Assembly (NCBI GenBank): GCA_951406725.2
Contig: OX597815.1
Location: 138,322,001-138,386,000, forward strand
Origin: Octopus vulgaris
Lineage: Eukaryota
Reading direction: 5' to 3'
Length of the DNA: 64,000 nt
The notes below the pieces were generated by a model, which saw nothing but the letters and a program-made list of their open reading frames with translations, was not told the DNA's origin and made no database searches. A program made the position numbers and the translations under genes. Shown here one piece after another: positions 1-13,052 of this stretch; positions within the stretch are counted from its first letter, which is position 1, and each line of letters opens with the position of its first letter.

Positions 1-1532
1 ATCAGGTAAATTCCCGCGGCAATAATGACTGCGAAAATATTTCCAGCCAATGAAGGAAAAGTATAACATAATTCCTGCAAGATTTTCGTTAAAAATTTCA
101 TAAATAGGTTTATTTGACGAGTTTCTATAGGAGAATCGGTGAGTTTGATAATCACGACTCTAATGAATTGTGATACAAGTTAAGTGTCAAAGAAATAGAC
201 AAATTTTATTTCTATTTAAATTTAAGTTTGTTAATCGAGGAAAATAAAATATATATACAAATTATGCCCCTTATTTGATTTTGAAAGATATATATTTTTA
301 ACGTAGCGTAAAAAGGAGTAAACCAACACAGGCATCCATACATTATACTAGAAATAGTTTGCTCACAAAATATACAAGATAACTGAACAATTAGCTACAT
401 ATTTGTTTTTAAAAGTTAATAAACTTTCATGTCTCTCAGCCATCTGCAAAAAGTAAAAAAAAACAAAAAAATAACAACAAATCATTCATAGACAGCATTA
501 ATCAAATGTCAAAGGCAGATTTTGGAAATGGTGTGTAAATAAAAGATGAAAAAACATGTAATACCGATTAACATTTCCATGTAAACAATTTCAAAATTGT
601 TTTTTTTTACTAAAAGACAGTAGCGTATAACTTTCTATTCATAAACTTCTTCGACTGAATTCAGAAATTTAAAATTCAATCAATATTTTATTTATTCCGC
701 ATTGATTTTCATTAAAAGCACAGCATTTCCAAATCAGTTGACATTAGTGTTCAATAAAAGCCACATCAATGTGCTTTTGAAATCACTTCACCGGAGTGTT
801 ACAGCAGATATTAATCCAAAATGAAATACACTCTTGTTTAATTTTTCAATAGGAAAGCGCTCACTATAAAATCTCCCTCATTCTCTGTCTCCTACCATCG
901 CTTTCTCATAACAATGTCGTTTTGTTTTTAACGCTTTTATATTTTTTCCAAAATGTGTGAATACATACAATGTTACAATTTTTCTCTCCCCCGAAAGACT
1001 TATTCACACCGCAAGCAATAATCATTATTAGTATTTAGTTTTGTTCCTGCTATTTTTATACCAAAGTTTTGTCACTGAAATACGTGAGAATAATATAAAT
1101 ATGAAATGGACTATTGATTAACAGCTCCCAAAAATATTGGAAAAGAAATAAGATGTAGAATTATTTTGCTAAAGATTATTTGTGCATTTTACTTCGCTTG
1201 ATAGAATAATGGAAACAAAAAATGAATAGAATTGTAAAGCCATAAAAATGTTTTAGTATTATTGTTTCCGAGAAGTATTTTGGCTTTCAAATACAAAACA
1301 GGCAGAAAAAGAATTGATGAAAGAAAAAAATCATTAAAATCTTCATCCAGCTTCTTACACCTGCTGTACGATACTGACGTAGTTGCTATTCTCCTGAAGG
1401 CTCTTCTTGGTTTTCATATTAAAATAATAACGTTAGTCGATAATGAAACTGAAATAATTGTTCAAGTTGAAGATTACTTCAGTTATTTCTGTATCTTGAA
1501 TGGAATCTGAAAAAGAAACAATTTATTCAATT

Positions 1533-2109
1533 TGACGTCAATCCCACGTTTATCAGGTTTGTTTCTGAGATGAACAAATATCAATATTACTGCTGGCATG
1601 TAAAACAATCGAACATCGTTATGAAGCAAAATGTCTGCCGAGAGGAAGTGGGAAGAGCAAAGATCAAACTGTGTGATTGATAGATCTTAGTTTAAAATGC
1701 TGTAGCTTCTGTTATGCTAATTATTTGGACTACATTCTAATAACAGATATATTACAAGAGTTAGTTGAAATATAAATAACCTGAATAAAATCTGACGTCA
1801 ATTTTGCAAACCTAACTCTAATGAATCCTGGATTGCTCATGATGTAATGGACTATCATTTCGTACATTTAATGTAGTTTTTCCACCTCGCTATATATGAT
1901 TTCATCTCGAATGTTTGGTAAATATTTATCATTTAGTATTTATTAAAAACAACAGAATTCACAGAGACTGGAGGTGGTCAGCGTCACCAAGACTTGTATC
2001 TTTTGAGAAATGTGATGCTGTATTGGAGAAACAGGCCGTCGCCTTGCCGACCGCTTTCCAGAACACATTTGGAGTACACTGCTGCGTACAGCAGGCCTAC
2101 ATGACGTCA
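1533..2109. promoter_or_regulatory. Cluster of three full CRE palindromes (TGACGTCA)
   Basis: Exact TGACGTCA at 1533-1540, 1793-1800 and 2102-2109, in sequence that does not look repetitive. Function is inferred only. Confidence 0.45.
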
Positions 2110-2720
2110 CCTACTTCAACACAGCGGGTTTTTCCATCACTTTATTACTTGCTGGACTTAAATGTATTTACACGTGTTTGCACAGGCATACATACGCATA
2201 CATACATGCATAGATATTTGTACATACTCATATGCACAGGGACCTGTAAATACCGGGCGATCTGACACACTGGGATATAGATAAATGTGTACGCAAGCAT
2301 GCAGAAAAATAGTGCATAAATAAGTAGGAAATGACACTAAATAGCCAAATAAATAAGTCTTTGTATGTATTACGGATAGTAGGCATTCTAACCATACACA
2401 TACATACACTTATACACGTTCTCTCTCTCTCTCCTTATCCTCCCTCGTTCTCTGTATATATATAATACATACATACATATATACACACATAAATGCATAC
2501 ATACATGCACACACACAGATACACATATATAGGATTATAAAGAACAATATTTCCTCAAATGCATAGACTTCAAAGTGCACAGGATATTAAACCCGAGGCG
2601 TTAGAATAATGTAGAATCAAAGTTAGGGAAATCAAGTTCACATATACATTTATATTTATTCAACTCTAGACCCAACATGCAGGAATGTCTCCGAAAGCAT
2701 TGTTAATATATCAAGCATAA

Positions 2721-3850
2721 CTTAGATACCTTAGATTGATTTCGGTCATTATTGGCCCAGGCCATAACTAGCCCAATAACACCACCTGGAAAAGTCTTTT
2801 AGTTAATTATTTCGAGATACAATGGGCCAGTCAAGCAGATAGTTGATGTTAGTTGAGACATATCCAGGTGTAGGTGGTTTATTCAGTCTTTCCTAGAGGA
2901 ATTTGTCCAGGTACCATTTGGAAGTTGTGAGGTATTTTTCTACTTTAATTTCTTTCGGGATAACACTGAAAAGAGCAGAACCATTTGCAGTGAAGAAATT
3001 GTGTCGCAATGATATGATCTCGGCCTTTGTAGGGGATGCATTGCACGGGGGCCTAGTCTTGGGTGAATTGTAAAAATAATACCGCTATTATTTGGATAAT
3101 ATTGGTGGAATATTTTCCACATGGTGCAAATAATGTATTGCTCACAGCGGCGTTGCAGAGAATAGAGTTTCAGCTGTTTAAGTCGAGCCCAATAACAAAG
3201 TCACATGATACCAATTATGTTTTTAGTGATTGATCTTTGTAGGGCTTCGATCCTTATTATGTCTTGTGTTATGTAGGGGGACCACAATGTGCAGCAGTAT
3301 GCGAGGGGGAGCCTAACGAATGTGGAAAAGGGAAGGATGATGGCTTCATGATCTCTAGATCGAAAAGTTTTGAGAATCCATGAGCGCATTCTGCGGGCAA
3401 CATCGACTTTTTTGTTGATGTGCATACTCCAGTTAAGCCTCTGATATTATCCGACTGTTCAAGTAGGTCTCCCGACGGTAATGTATAATGTTGTTTGGTG
3501 TGCCTTCTTTTCCAAAGCGGATGAGCTCAAATTTTTCTTCGTTCAACTGCATATTGTTTTTTGTTGTACCCACTGGGTTACTGTGCGTAAGTCCGATTGA
3601 AGCACCGTTCGATCATATGCTCCCTTAATGACTTCCTGAATCTGAGAGTCATCTGCAAATATTTTAATGGTGCTATGCTCAAGGGAATCTTCAATATCAT
3701 TGATGTAGACAATAAAAAGAAGTGGACCCAGCACAGTACCCTGTGGGACTCCGCTGATGACTTTTGCTGGTCTTGAGTGGATGCCATCAACCACAATATG
3801 CTGGGTTCTGTTTGTTAGGAAATACCTAATCCATTGAAGTAGCTTTCCAC
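2721..3850 (-). mobile_element. CR1-group LINE, 5'-truncated, degraded (family B)
   Basis: RT motifs ISGVPQGTVLGPLLFIVYIND...IFADD (ORF 3543-3794) and WILKTFRSRD...YCCTLWSPY (ORF 3201-3425); short repeated 3' tail ATCTAAGGT at ~2721-2736. Confidence 0.9.
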
Positions 3851-4019
3851 CGACTCTAGAAATATAAAAATATATAGAGTAATCAATACATTAAAAATAT
3901 ACATATAAATATACATAAATATATAGATATATATTTTAAAATTACATTGAAAAATAAATACATATATAGGTCAACTTACAGATTATAAAATGAAGTCATT
4001 AAAAGAGTTAAGAGTCTAT

Positions 4020-6060
4020 AAGATAAAAAATTTCGTTATTACTAATCCAGTTAATAATCCTACGGCTGTTTGTGGGGCTTCGGTTGTCCTGTCATATAAA
4101 AGATATTTACATCCATTATAGGACACCACCTCCTTCATCAGGGAAAATAAGTTTCTAAAAAGTCTCACATGAACTGCTTTATTTTTCTAATGGGAATTAC
4201 CTACTGGTGTTTTTATAGAGCTATATGCAGAAGACCAGGTGTAGTGGAAGTGTTTCTGAGTAAAACCTATGTTGATTAAAGCCTATGTTTGCAAATTTAT
4301 TTAATATCGAGGAGTTGTGTTGACAGAGAATAATTAATGGCTCTTTTAAGCATAACTTGCACTTGCCTATCTTTGTATTGTAAGGAGAAGCTTCTTTTAT
4401 AATGGACCAAGCCAGTGTATATTGTATGTTTTGTGATTTAAGATTATGTATGTATGTGGTCAATGATGTCGAGAATTTGTATTTTATCTTAGTGAAAGAA
4501 TTTAAGCAAGCTCAATATCGCCGTTTAAAATCAATGGTACTACCTATATAGGTCCTTGCTTGGTGTTTACTTGGTGTTTCAACAAGACATTTATAAACTA
4601 CATTATTACGCAGATAGAAGCCCCCAACCAAGCATGCATTAGGTACGCGACAATTACAGGTTTTCTTTATTGTTTCACCATTTATATTATTCGTGTTGTT
4701 ATTTTTTGGACTAATATGGGGTGCTGTGAAAGGTTTCTGGTGTGTATTAATCTAAAGCTGAATTCTATATCGATTAATATAGCCTATTATATTTCCTAAA
4801 TTTGGTGTGCTGTGGTGGAGTAAGATAATTTGACTGACGATTTGGTAAAGATAAAGTTGTATCTGTGATGCTGCGGAAAATTCGATTTCAGAACCTGTAA
4901 AGAAAAGTGCGGTGCATACCATAGGATTTCTCGTTTTCTAGTCTTATAATATGCTGTTACATTGGATTCGTCTTGAAGGGGAGATCTATAATTACTATAA
5001 ATTCTGAGTGGCTCATGGTGTGATTTTATGGGTCTGTTTGGTTGATTGGAAACGGAGGCCGTGCTTATAAAGCAAAGATTAATTTCGTGGAAGAGATTTG
5101 CTATTTTGGTTTTCAGTTTAGTATGGCTTACATAGAATATCTTTTTGTCGGAATCCGCTTAATGGTAGAGCATGATTATAGTAAGGAGCGTGAGTATTAA
5201 GTATTTCCTCATTAGATGATAAATTAGAGATTCTTATTGAAATGCCTGTAATTACGCTGTCAAGGGTTATTCTAGGATGCTTTGAAATGACGTTTATATA
5301 CTGCAAAGTTTGGTTAGGGTTGTGAAATGGTTAGTATAAATTTATATTTAAACTGAGTGTAAGATCCAAAAAAATTACTTCGGTATTTGTTTCAAAAGAG
5401 ATACCAAGATTGTAATTTTCAAAAATGTTTTTTAATATTTCTTTGTTCGTTCAACCGCTGGTCGAGATATTCCTCTAGTGGCAAGGAGTGCATCGTCCCT
5501 GTAGAGTCCACCAGTTATATTAGAGAAGTACAGCTTGATCTGCGGGAGAAGGAACATACCTACGAGGTCCGTAACTTAGGCTGAGTCAGAAGAACTCATT
5601 CTTATATCAAAATAGTCAATAGAAGTATTCCAAGTTCAGTTATTATCCTTGAAATAACTGTCAGAATTATATCCGTGTCAGATCGTGGGATATTTGCATA
5701 GTTTCGAGCAAAAATCAATGCTTTATTTAAGAGAACCGAGGATATCGATGCATAGTAGTTAGATACATCAAATTGAATAAAATTAATACGGTTTTTATCC
5801 TTGAGTGACTGAAACCAAGTAATGACATCGCCAGTTGAGTTCCAAAGAGGGAGCACAACATTAGCTCTAACATGAGGAACAGTATGATCTATTATACATT
5901 TACTAATTTTGCCCAAATCTAACTTTGTGGCACAGATGAGTCGGATGGAGGGTTTGGAGAGGAAATTAGGCTTGTGGTCTTTCAGGGTAAAATGAGGAGT
6001 TTTGAGTTCATATTGTTCAGTTCTGTTTAAAAATTTCAGATCTGCGATAAGCTTATAATG
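4020..6060 (-). mobile_element. Penelope-like element, Naiad/Chlamys type, degraded (RT + GIY-YIG)
   Basis: Minus-strand motifs TLKDHKPNF, FIQFDVSNYYASIS, GLYRDD, then KTCNCRVPNAC..NNVVY..TYIGSTIDFKRRY and YTLAWSIIKEASPYN..CKLCLKE, which is the Naiad-type GIY-YIG layout. Stops and frameshifts are present. Confidence 0.85.
4057..4145 (-). ncRNA. Hammerhead ribozyme remnant (type I) at the 3' end of the Naiad element
   Basis: Minus strand: tcc-CTGATGA-long stem II (ggtgtcct/aggacaacc)-cAAAC-agcc-GTA-gga. The G of GAAA is mutated. Confidence 0.55.
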
Positions 6061-6114
6061 TATATAATTAATATCATTGAGTGCATTTCTATGTGCGTGT
6101 TTATAATTAGTTCA

Positions 6115-6270
6115 GCAATTTCGGGGATGGGGTTAAGTCAATTGAATCGACCTCATATGGATGAAGAGCAAAATAGGCCTCGGCAGAATTTGAACCTAAA
6201 TCGTAAAGACGGCTGAAATGCCGCTGATCATTTTATCTGTCGTGCTAAGGATTCTGCCAGCTGACCGCTT
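6115..6270 (-). mobile_element. tRNA-derived SINE fragment
   Basis: Minus strand resembles the head of the SINE at 25586 (agctggcagaatc...ggttcaaattctgccgagg). Confidence 0.6.
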
Positions 6271-7221
6271 TAGAATTATAAATATTAATATTATTGTTTC
6301 TTACTCCACATCTTAACGTTAAGAATTATAGAGATAGGTACAAAATAATTATGTGGATCCAATTACTAAACTTATAACCCTCAAATAAATCGTCTCTGTT
6401 TCCTTAAATTCCAAACTTTCCCAATGGTTATCAAATTCAGACCAACTACCAAACATTCACCTTAAAATAATTACTTCACCCTTTCCTTCTTACCGCTCAT
6501 TGCTTTTTCTCTTTAGTTTGATCACTGAAACTGCAGAAATGCCGTTTGTCTCAAAAGCTGTTGTTCAGCTCTTTCGTATCTTTTGATTCTTTTCCCCCAA
6601 ATTGTTGATGTCGAATTTGAACTGCAGCAACGGCATTTTCTCAAAAAATTTACTCTTACTTCATAAGGTCTTAATCTATACATTTCTAGTTTTTAGGGTG
6701 AATGTTAAATAAAGACATGATTTTTTTGATGGAGTCACAGAAGCATTTCTTTGGTTTACCTCTTTGCGGCAACTTGTTATAAGTTTAAAGCAAAGGTGTT
6801 AAATAAATCTGTATATTCACATCCACTCTGTTTTCTGCAGCACTGACAGATATTAACTTATTAACTGTAGATTCTAATTCTAGATTACCATCCAATACGG
6901 ACATAATACAGAACTTTTAAACTGACAAAGATTTCAATTAAGAAAAAAAGAAACACCAAACAAAGAAAATCCCATACATCTATGACCACGATCTGTGAGT
7001 TTAAACATTACGACGGCGGAAGTTTTCATTTTCACTGAATGAAGACACCATCTCCGATGCATGTATTTGCGCTTATGGGATGTTTAGTACGGCCATTCTA
7101 TATGAACATACCTACACACACACGCATACGCGTATGCGAAACAGTTTGAATAATATACATACATACACATATACATACATACACACATACATACATGAAT
7201 GCATGCATATGTATGTATTTA

Positions 7222-7262
<41 letters not shown>

Positions 7263-8229
7263 GTATGTGTGTATTTACGCATAAATACATAATGCATACA
7301 TACGTACGTACATACATGTATGCTTGCATATATATATAACATGCGTTCTTGACAATAAAGCTAATTAGTAAAGACATGTTTGATTTGATGTTCGTTCAAG
7401 AAGTTTTAACAATGGAAAGAACTGAAAATTGATTTGGACTGCAAATATCTAATATTATGTTTTAAATTCAAAGTATTTCAGTTTTACTTTCATGGTTATA
7501 TTTATATTTTTTATTTACTTATTTCAGCTTTGTGCATATTATCTATGAAAGTGAATCTGTCAAAATAATTTTTTGTCTAATTCATCAGTGAAATGTTTTA
7601 AAACCTTACCTTTCCTACTGTATAATTCTTTTCTAATTAATTCAGACAACACATTTGTATGTTTCATAAATTTTAGTCAAAAGAAAAGGTTAAAGTAAAA
7701 CATTTACTATTGTATGTGTTCGAATTTACAGGCCATTCGCACAATGAATGTTTTTTTTTCTTCATATCGAGATGAGATCTGTAGAAATAGCGTCGTCAAC
7801 ATTAGGTAGTGGTTTGGAGGAGTACAGTTTCGTAACGGCTTTAAGCTTGATATTATGTAAATATAGCCAGGAAAGTAGGAAACATATATTCACCAGAATT
7901 GATTTTTCATATGATTGGATTTCCCTCTCTCTCTTTCTCTCTCTCACTCTCTCATTCTATATACCCACCTGATTGCCTCTTCCATTTTCATCCTATATAT
8001 ATATTCTTTTCCACTTTTTAATATGAGTTAATTTTAACCAGCCACTTGATTAGTAGCAAGATTTTGCAAGAACTCGTTTTGTTAATCGTGCTTGAAATCT
8101 TAAGAAGTTCTAGCAAATTTTCACTGTCCTAGATATTTTGAAGTGCAGCGTGTGAATTAAAAAGTCGCATTCCCTCCCCAAGAACCCAAATTCAGTAATT
8201 TCTCCAAACAGTGTTCCAGCTTTTAGTTG

Positions 8230-8850
8230 GGTGGAGAATGGCAGCTAGTGTTGGTGGTAGTACATTACCTAATTGCAGTACTATGACAATCTACCAATGT
8301 GGCATACTATCAAAGGCTTTTTGATAGCCTAACCAAGCTTTTGCAGTTCTTTATTGTTATTTCTTATATTATTTTGTGTATTAACAGGCGATTGATTCAC
8401 CCCAATACTCTCTTCTTTTCTCTAGCTCGTTCAGATGTTACAATATTGTTGGTAGTACTATGATCCCATAGAAACAGGATGAGGCAGCCGGTGCATATCT
8501 TATACATAACTTGGCTGGCTATTGTGCGGTAATTTTTAGTTCTGGTGGTTTGGCTATTTTGAAGAACGAGAACGGTGATGGTTGTTGATAACCATGTAGC
8601 TACGTTTAATGTGCTCTTGTACGCTTCCATACCAATGTCCTCCAATAAGAACTGGATCTGGCTATTTCCTCTTTGATATTTTTTAAGGACTTTTTTTTGT
8701 TACTGCACTGTCGATTTCATAATGTTTTGGTTCAACATATTAGCTCTTCTAAGTAGTCTGCACGTTCAGATTTTTCGTTGAATTTATCATTCCTTTCCCA
8801 TAGTAACTTTCCACTTGTTCTGTTGATGGAATTTGTTTTGCTATTTTGTG
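8230..8850 (-). mobile_element. R4/Dong-type LINE RT fragment, degraded
   Basis: Minus-strand KNYRTIASQVMYKICTG (cf. NYRPITCL..MYK) and AWLGYQKAFDSMPHW (cf. AWIDYKKAFDSVPH). Confidence 0.65.
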
Positions 8851-8869
8851 CTAAAGTTTTTTCAGACGA

Positions 8870-10500
8870 CGAACAGGCAAACAATTACCAAAAATCAAAG
8901 ACGATCGCATAACTGAATACACACATTTACCGACACCAAAATAGTTTAACAAAGAACCTGACTACTTAACTTATTTTGAATGAAAAACTAGCTTATTCTA
9001 CGGCATCCACACAATTCACAAGAATCAAACCATTAAGGATGCCTGTAAAGAATTTAACAAATTTGGATCATTTGCAGCAGGTCCGAAATATGAAACACAA
9101 GGACAAAGCAAGTCTTTTTTAGATATATTACTGAAACCTATTTTAAAATATATACCGAGTCTTGTAAGGGACGATCTGGACCTATTAAACCACCTCTGTA
9201 AACCCGTTAACAAAGATGCCTTTATTGTATCATTTGACGTGGTAAACCTCTATACTACGATTTCGTAGCAATATAGAATAGAGGCAATAAGTTTATAGGT
9301 CCCCAAATTCCTTCATGAAACTCCAGACACAACTGAAAAAAGTTTATTCAGTGAAGGATTAAAATTCATCCTCGAAACAATTTTTTAAAACTTTAAGGTA
9401 ATATTTACAAATAAATATCTGGAACTGTGATGAGTACGAAAGTCGCTTCGACTTATACCAATTCAGTCATGGCACACGGAGGTCCAGATATATGAAGTAT
9501 CTAAAGTAAAATATGGTTTGAACTTCCATATGTATTTACTATGAAAGTGGAAACATTACTTAGATGACTGCCTGATACTGTACGCGCACACATATGACCA
9601 GCTTATTGATTTCCAGGACATTCTAATCATCAAAACAGATAAAGACATTGGAGAAGACATTCATTACAAACCAGCAGATGCCAAACAATACCTTCTGTTC
9701 TGTTTATGCCATATCAAACACACGAAGACTAATATTCTATTTATTATAACAAAATGAATCTGCACAATTGTTTCAGACATTGACACTCGTAATAAAAGAC
9801 TTTAGGAAATAAAACAAATACTACTTGAAAGAAAATATACATCAATGATAACAGACAACGGAATAGAGCGTGCCAAAGTAAAGGTATTAAAGAATTACGA
9901 AAAACAAAAGCACATCAGACACACCCAATACTCTACCGTTTATTACAACACACAGCGTAAAAGACACAAAGGTTTACAACATTATCCACCAGAACATTCC
10001 ACTACTGAGACAAGAATGAAATAAGCATTCGAAATACACGAAATAATCAAAAGCAAAAGTCAATTAAAATACCTAAAAATCGCCCACCTGCGCTAAATTA
10101 CACTCCACAAACCACATACCAACAGCTAAAAAGTGTGGACGCCCTAATTGTGGGATTTGCATGAACATCGAAGACAAAAATATAAATTTAAATCAGGTTA
10201 GATTTTTACCATAAAAAATCATTGTATCTGTTTGTCAGAAAAAATAATATATGTTCTTAAGTGTAAAGAATATAACGAAAATTGCATAGATCAAACAAAT
10301 TCTCTTTCAGAAATAGACTAACATCAATAAATACAAGACCCCAGCACTAGACAGATTCCACTGTGTGGACAAAATAGACATATGCGCAAAAAATAAGCCT
10401 CCCAAATTCCAAATCTTACTTTTGTTCGGTCAATACCATAGGCCAAGTACAGATAAACAAAGAAAATATTTTCATACAAAAATACAAACCTGAAAAATAA
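8870..10500 (+). mobile_element. Penelope-like element, Neptune type, degraded
   Basis: FYGIHTIHK (cf. FYGLPKIHK), IVSFDVVNLYT, GTVMSTKVASTY, WKHYLDD, Zn-knuckle KCGRPNCGIC and IIYVLKC GIY-YIG start; many frameshifts. Confidence 0.85.
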
Positions 10501-10671
10501 TACAAAATAATACAAAACTGAAAAATACGAAACTGAATAAAACTGAAAAATACAAAACTGAATAAACAAACAACCCAAAGTTCACGCAAAAATTTAGTGG
10601 CGAATAAAAAGTTATACATACGTACATAGATATAAATCATAACCATTCAGCCACCCTGTCCACTGTACCAC

Positions 10672-11020
10672 TTGACAGATTAAATTTAGAATGCTCTGAT
10701 TGTTTTGGAGTGCCACTAAAAAGGTTCACTCAACTATGTCAGCCTTAATTTTCGGCGCAAAAATTATTGCCACCTGTGTGCGGACGGACGTAGCAGGGAA
10801 CCTACCCAACTTTTTAAACCTGATCACGCGATCATCTTCTATCACATTTGACAGATTAAATTCAGAGAACCTTGATTGTTATGGACTATCACTAGACACC
10901 TTTATTCATCGATGACAGCTTTAACTTACGGTGCCCAACATATTGTCACATGACATGAATGAATAGACGTACTGGAGAATTTACATAAATTTCTAAACCC
11001 AATCACTTGATCATTCTTGG
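10672..11020. repeat. Diverged ~176-bp tandem duplication
   Basis: ttgacagattaaatt... starts at 10672 and 10848; both units share tgattgtt, gacgta and aaacc..atcac..gatcat. Confidence 0.7.
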
Positions 11021-11258
11021 CCAGTCATATAGTATCCAAAACTGATACTAATTTGAGACATTCTCTCCCTATAAGAACAAGAGCATTTTAAAACTCCACT
11101 CAAAAGCAAGACATCTGTGGCATGTCTCTGCGTCCTTCTATTTCAACAGAGAAATCTGTGAAACCGGTTAAATCATTAACAATTTAAAAAACAAAATGTC
11201 CAAAGGAATCCCAGTACATTTTCAAATTTTCTTTTTTCTTTTCTCTTTCTTTCTGTCT

Positions 11259-11320
11259 TTGTTTGTTTGTTTGTTTGTTTGTTTGTTTGTTTGTTTGTTT
11301 GTTTGTTTGTTTGTTTGTTT
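11259..11320. repeat. (GTTT)n microsatellite
   Basis: Directly visible. Confidence 0.95.
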
Positions 11321-11324
11321 CTTT

Positions 11325-11779
11325 CTATTGGACTTTCAAAGAGGTCAAATTGTTGGTGCTCATATGGCAGGCGTTAGTGTAACGAAAACAGCCGAAATGT
11401 TTGGTGTATCAAGAAGTACTGTCCCGAAAGTAATGACAGCCTTTGCAAAAGAGGGAAAAATCTCGAAACAAAACTCCGAAAGAAAATAAAAATTTTCAGA
11501 TAGGGACCGTCGGACTCTTACACGAATTGTTAGAAAGGATCACAAAAGTACAGCTCCCAAAATGACTGCAGAACCCAGTTCTGGCATCCTCCACCACCAT
11601 CACTACAAGAACTGGAGTCTGTTTTAGCTGAAGAAAGGACAAAAATTCCTTTGGAAAGAATTCAGACATTGTACGAGTCCATACCTCGTAGAATTCAAGC
11701 TGTAATTACTGCCAAAGGCGGTCCTACCCCATATTAAAATAAATTTGTTTGAAATTTTATGGTGTTTCCATTATGTTGT

Positions 11780-11780
<1 letters not shown>
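11325..11780 (+). mobile_element. Tc1-like transposon, internally deleted
   Basis: DFQRGQIVGAHMAGVSVTKTAEMFGVSRSTV (paired-like HTH) joined to the element's 3' end and TIR ggtgtttccattatgttgtc; same family as 59850-61109. Confidence 0.9.
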
Positions 11781-11781
<1 letters not shown>

Positions 11782-11830
<49 letters not shown>

Positions 11831-12010
11831 TACACATACATATAGATACACATATATACACATATACATATATACACATATATACACACATATATAAGAA
11901 TTCATATTCACAAACATATATATATATATACACATACATATATATACAAATATACATAGATTCACATGCATACACATATATACACCCATACACATAAACA
12001 TAAATACACC
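11782..12010. repeat. (TA)n/(CA) low-complexity tract
   Basis: Directly visible. Confidence 0.9.
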
Positions 12011-12418
12011 CATTTACGTATATTTAAAAAGAGGTGCCTATATTCATACAAAAATAGGTATTTATATACATTAAGTAGATAATTAATTATGAAATATAAC
12101 ACTTATTTTTGTCTATGAATATTAGACCTATTATTTACAATAATTATTTAAATTATAATTTTGAACCTTTTCAATTTCAGTCGCAAATTTTTAAATCAAT
12201 TTTTATTAACTAAACAGTTTGAAACTTTGAGTGTGTCACATAGAACACGGTGTACTCTTAACGTTTGTGACAAAATTTTGTATGCTAGAAGTTATTTCGT
12301 GTTAAATTTGTCGTATCGTGGTAATTTTAACCTATCAATGATGTGTTTTCAGCTGAAGAAAGTTACTGCTGTTTGCGAATGTAATGGAAGAGCAACAGTT
12401 TTTGGGTCATCGGGTTAT

Positions 12419-12421
<3 letters not shown>

Positions 12422-12477
<56 letters not shown>
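12422..12477. repeat. (GA)n microsatellite
   Basis: Directly visible. Confidence 0.95.
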
Positions 12478-12482
<5 letters not shown>

Positions 12483-13052
12483 AAAGTACAAAAGATAAGA
12501 AAGGTGGGTGAGAAAAACAGAAAGTTCTGTTATAGGGAATACATACGTGTGTGTGTGCGTGTGTATTTTTTCCATGTTATCCAGTGTGTCCTCTTTATAT
12601 AATGTTAGCGTGTGACATTGAGAGAGATTTGGCTGTTATTTCCAGTAAATCGTGGAGAAAGAGAGGGAGTGAGAACGGGGAGAGTGGAGGTGTGTTGACG
12701 ATCTGAACGACAGTTTATATAATCTTACTAATCTTCTACCCCTGCTTATTAATTTAGTAAACCCTCTCCTTTTCCTTGCTTCCATTCGGGGTTTTATCAG
12801 CTTTGCATATGAATGTGTGTGTGTGTGTGTGTGTGTGTGATGGACAGCATGAACAACAGTCGTCAACTTCACAATTCCCTCCCTCCTTAAAGCTATGTAT
12901 TCCTCATACCCACCTCCCTTTCCTTTCCTCAGCGTTCTAAAAGTTACATGTGCGTGTATGTATTTGTGTGCGTGTGTATGTATTCGTGTGTGTGTGTGTA
13001 TGCATATGTGTGTGTGTATACGTATACCTGTGTCTGCGTATTTATGTACATA

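Noticed and set aside
1915-2265. 116-aa plus-strand ORF
   Set aside because: Non-ATG start, runs into low-complexity sequence, and no recognisable motif.
4510-4520. In-frame TGA in the Naiad GIY-YIG as selenocysteine
   Set aside because: It does not fall at a conserved Cys position, the copy has other stops and frameshifts, and I saw no convincing SECIS.
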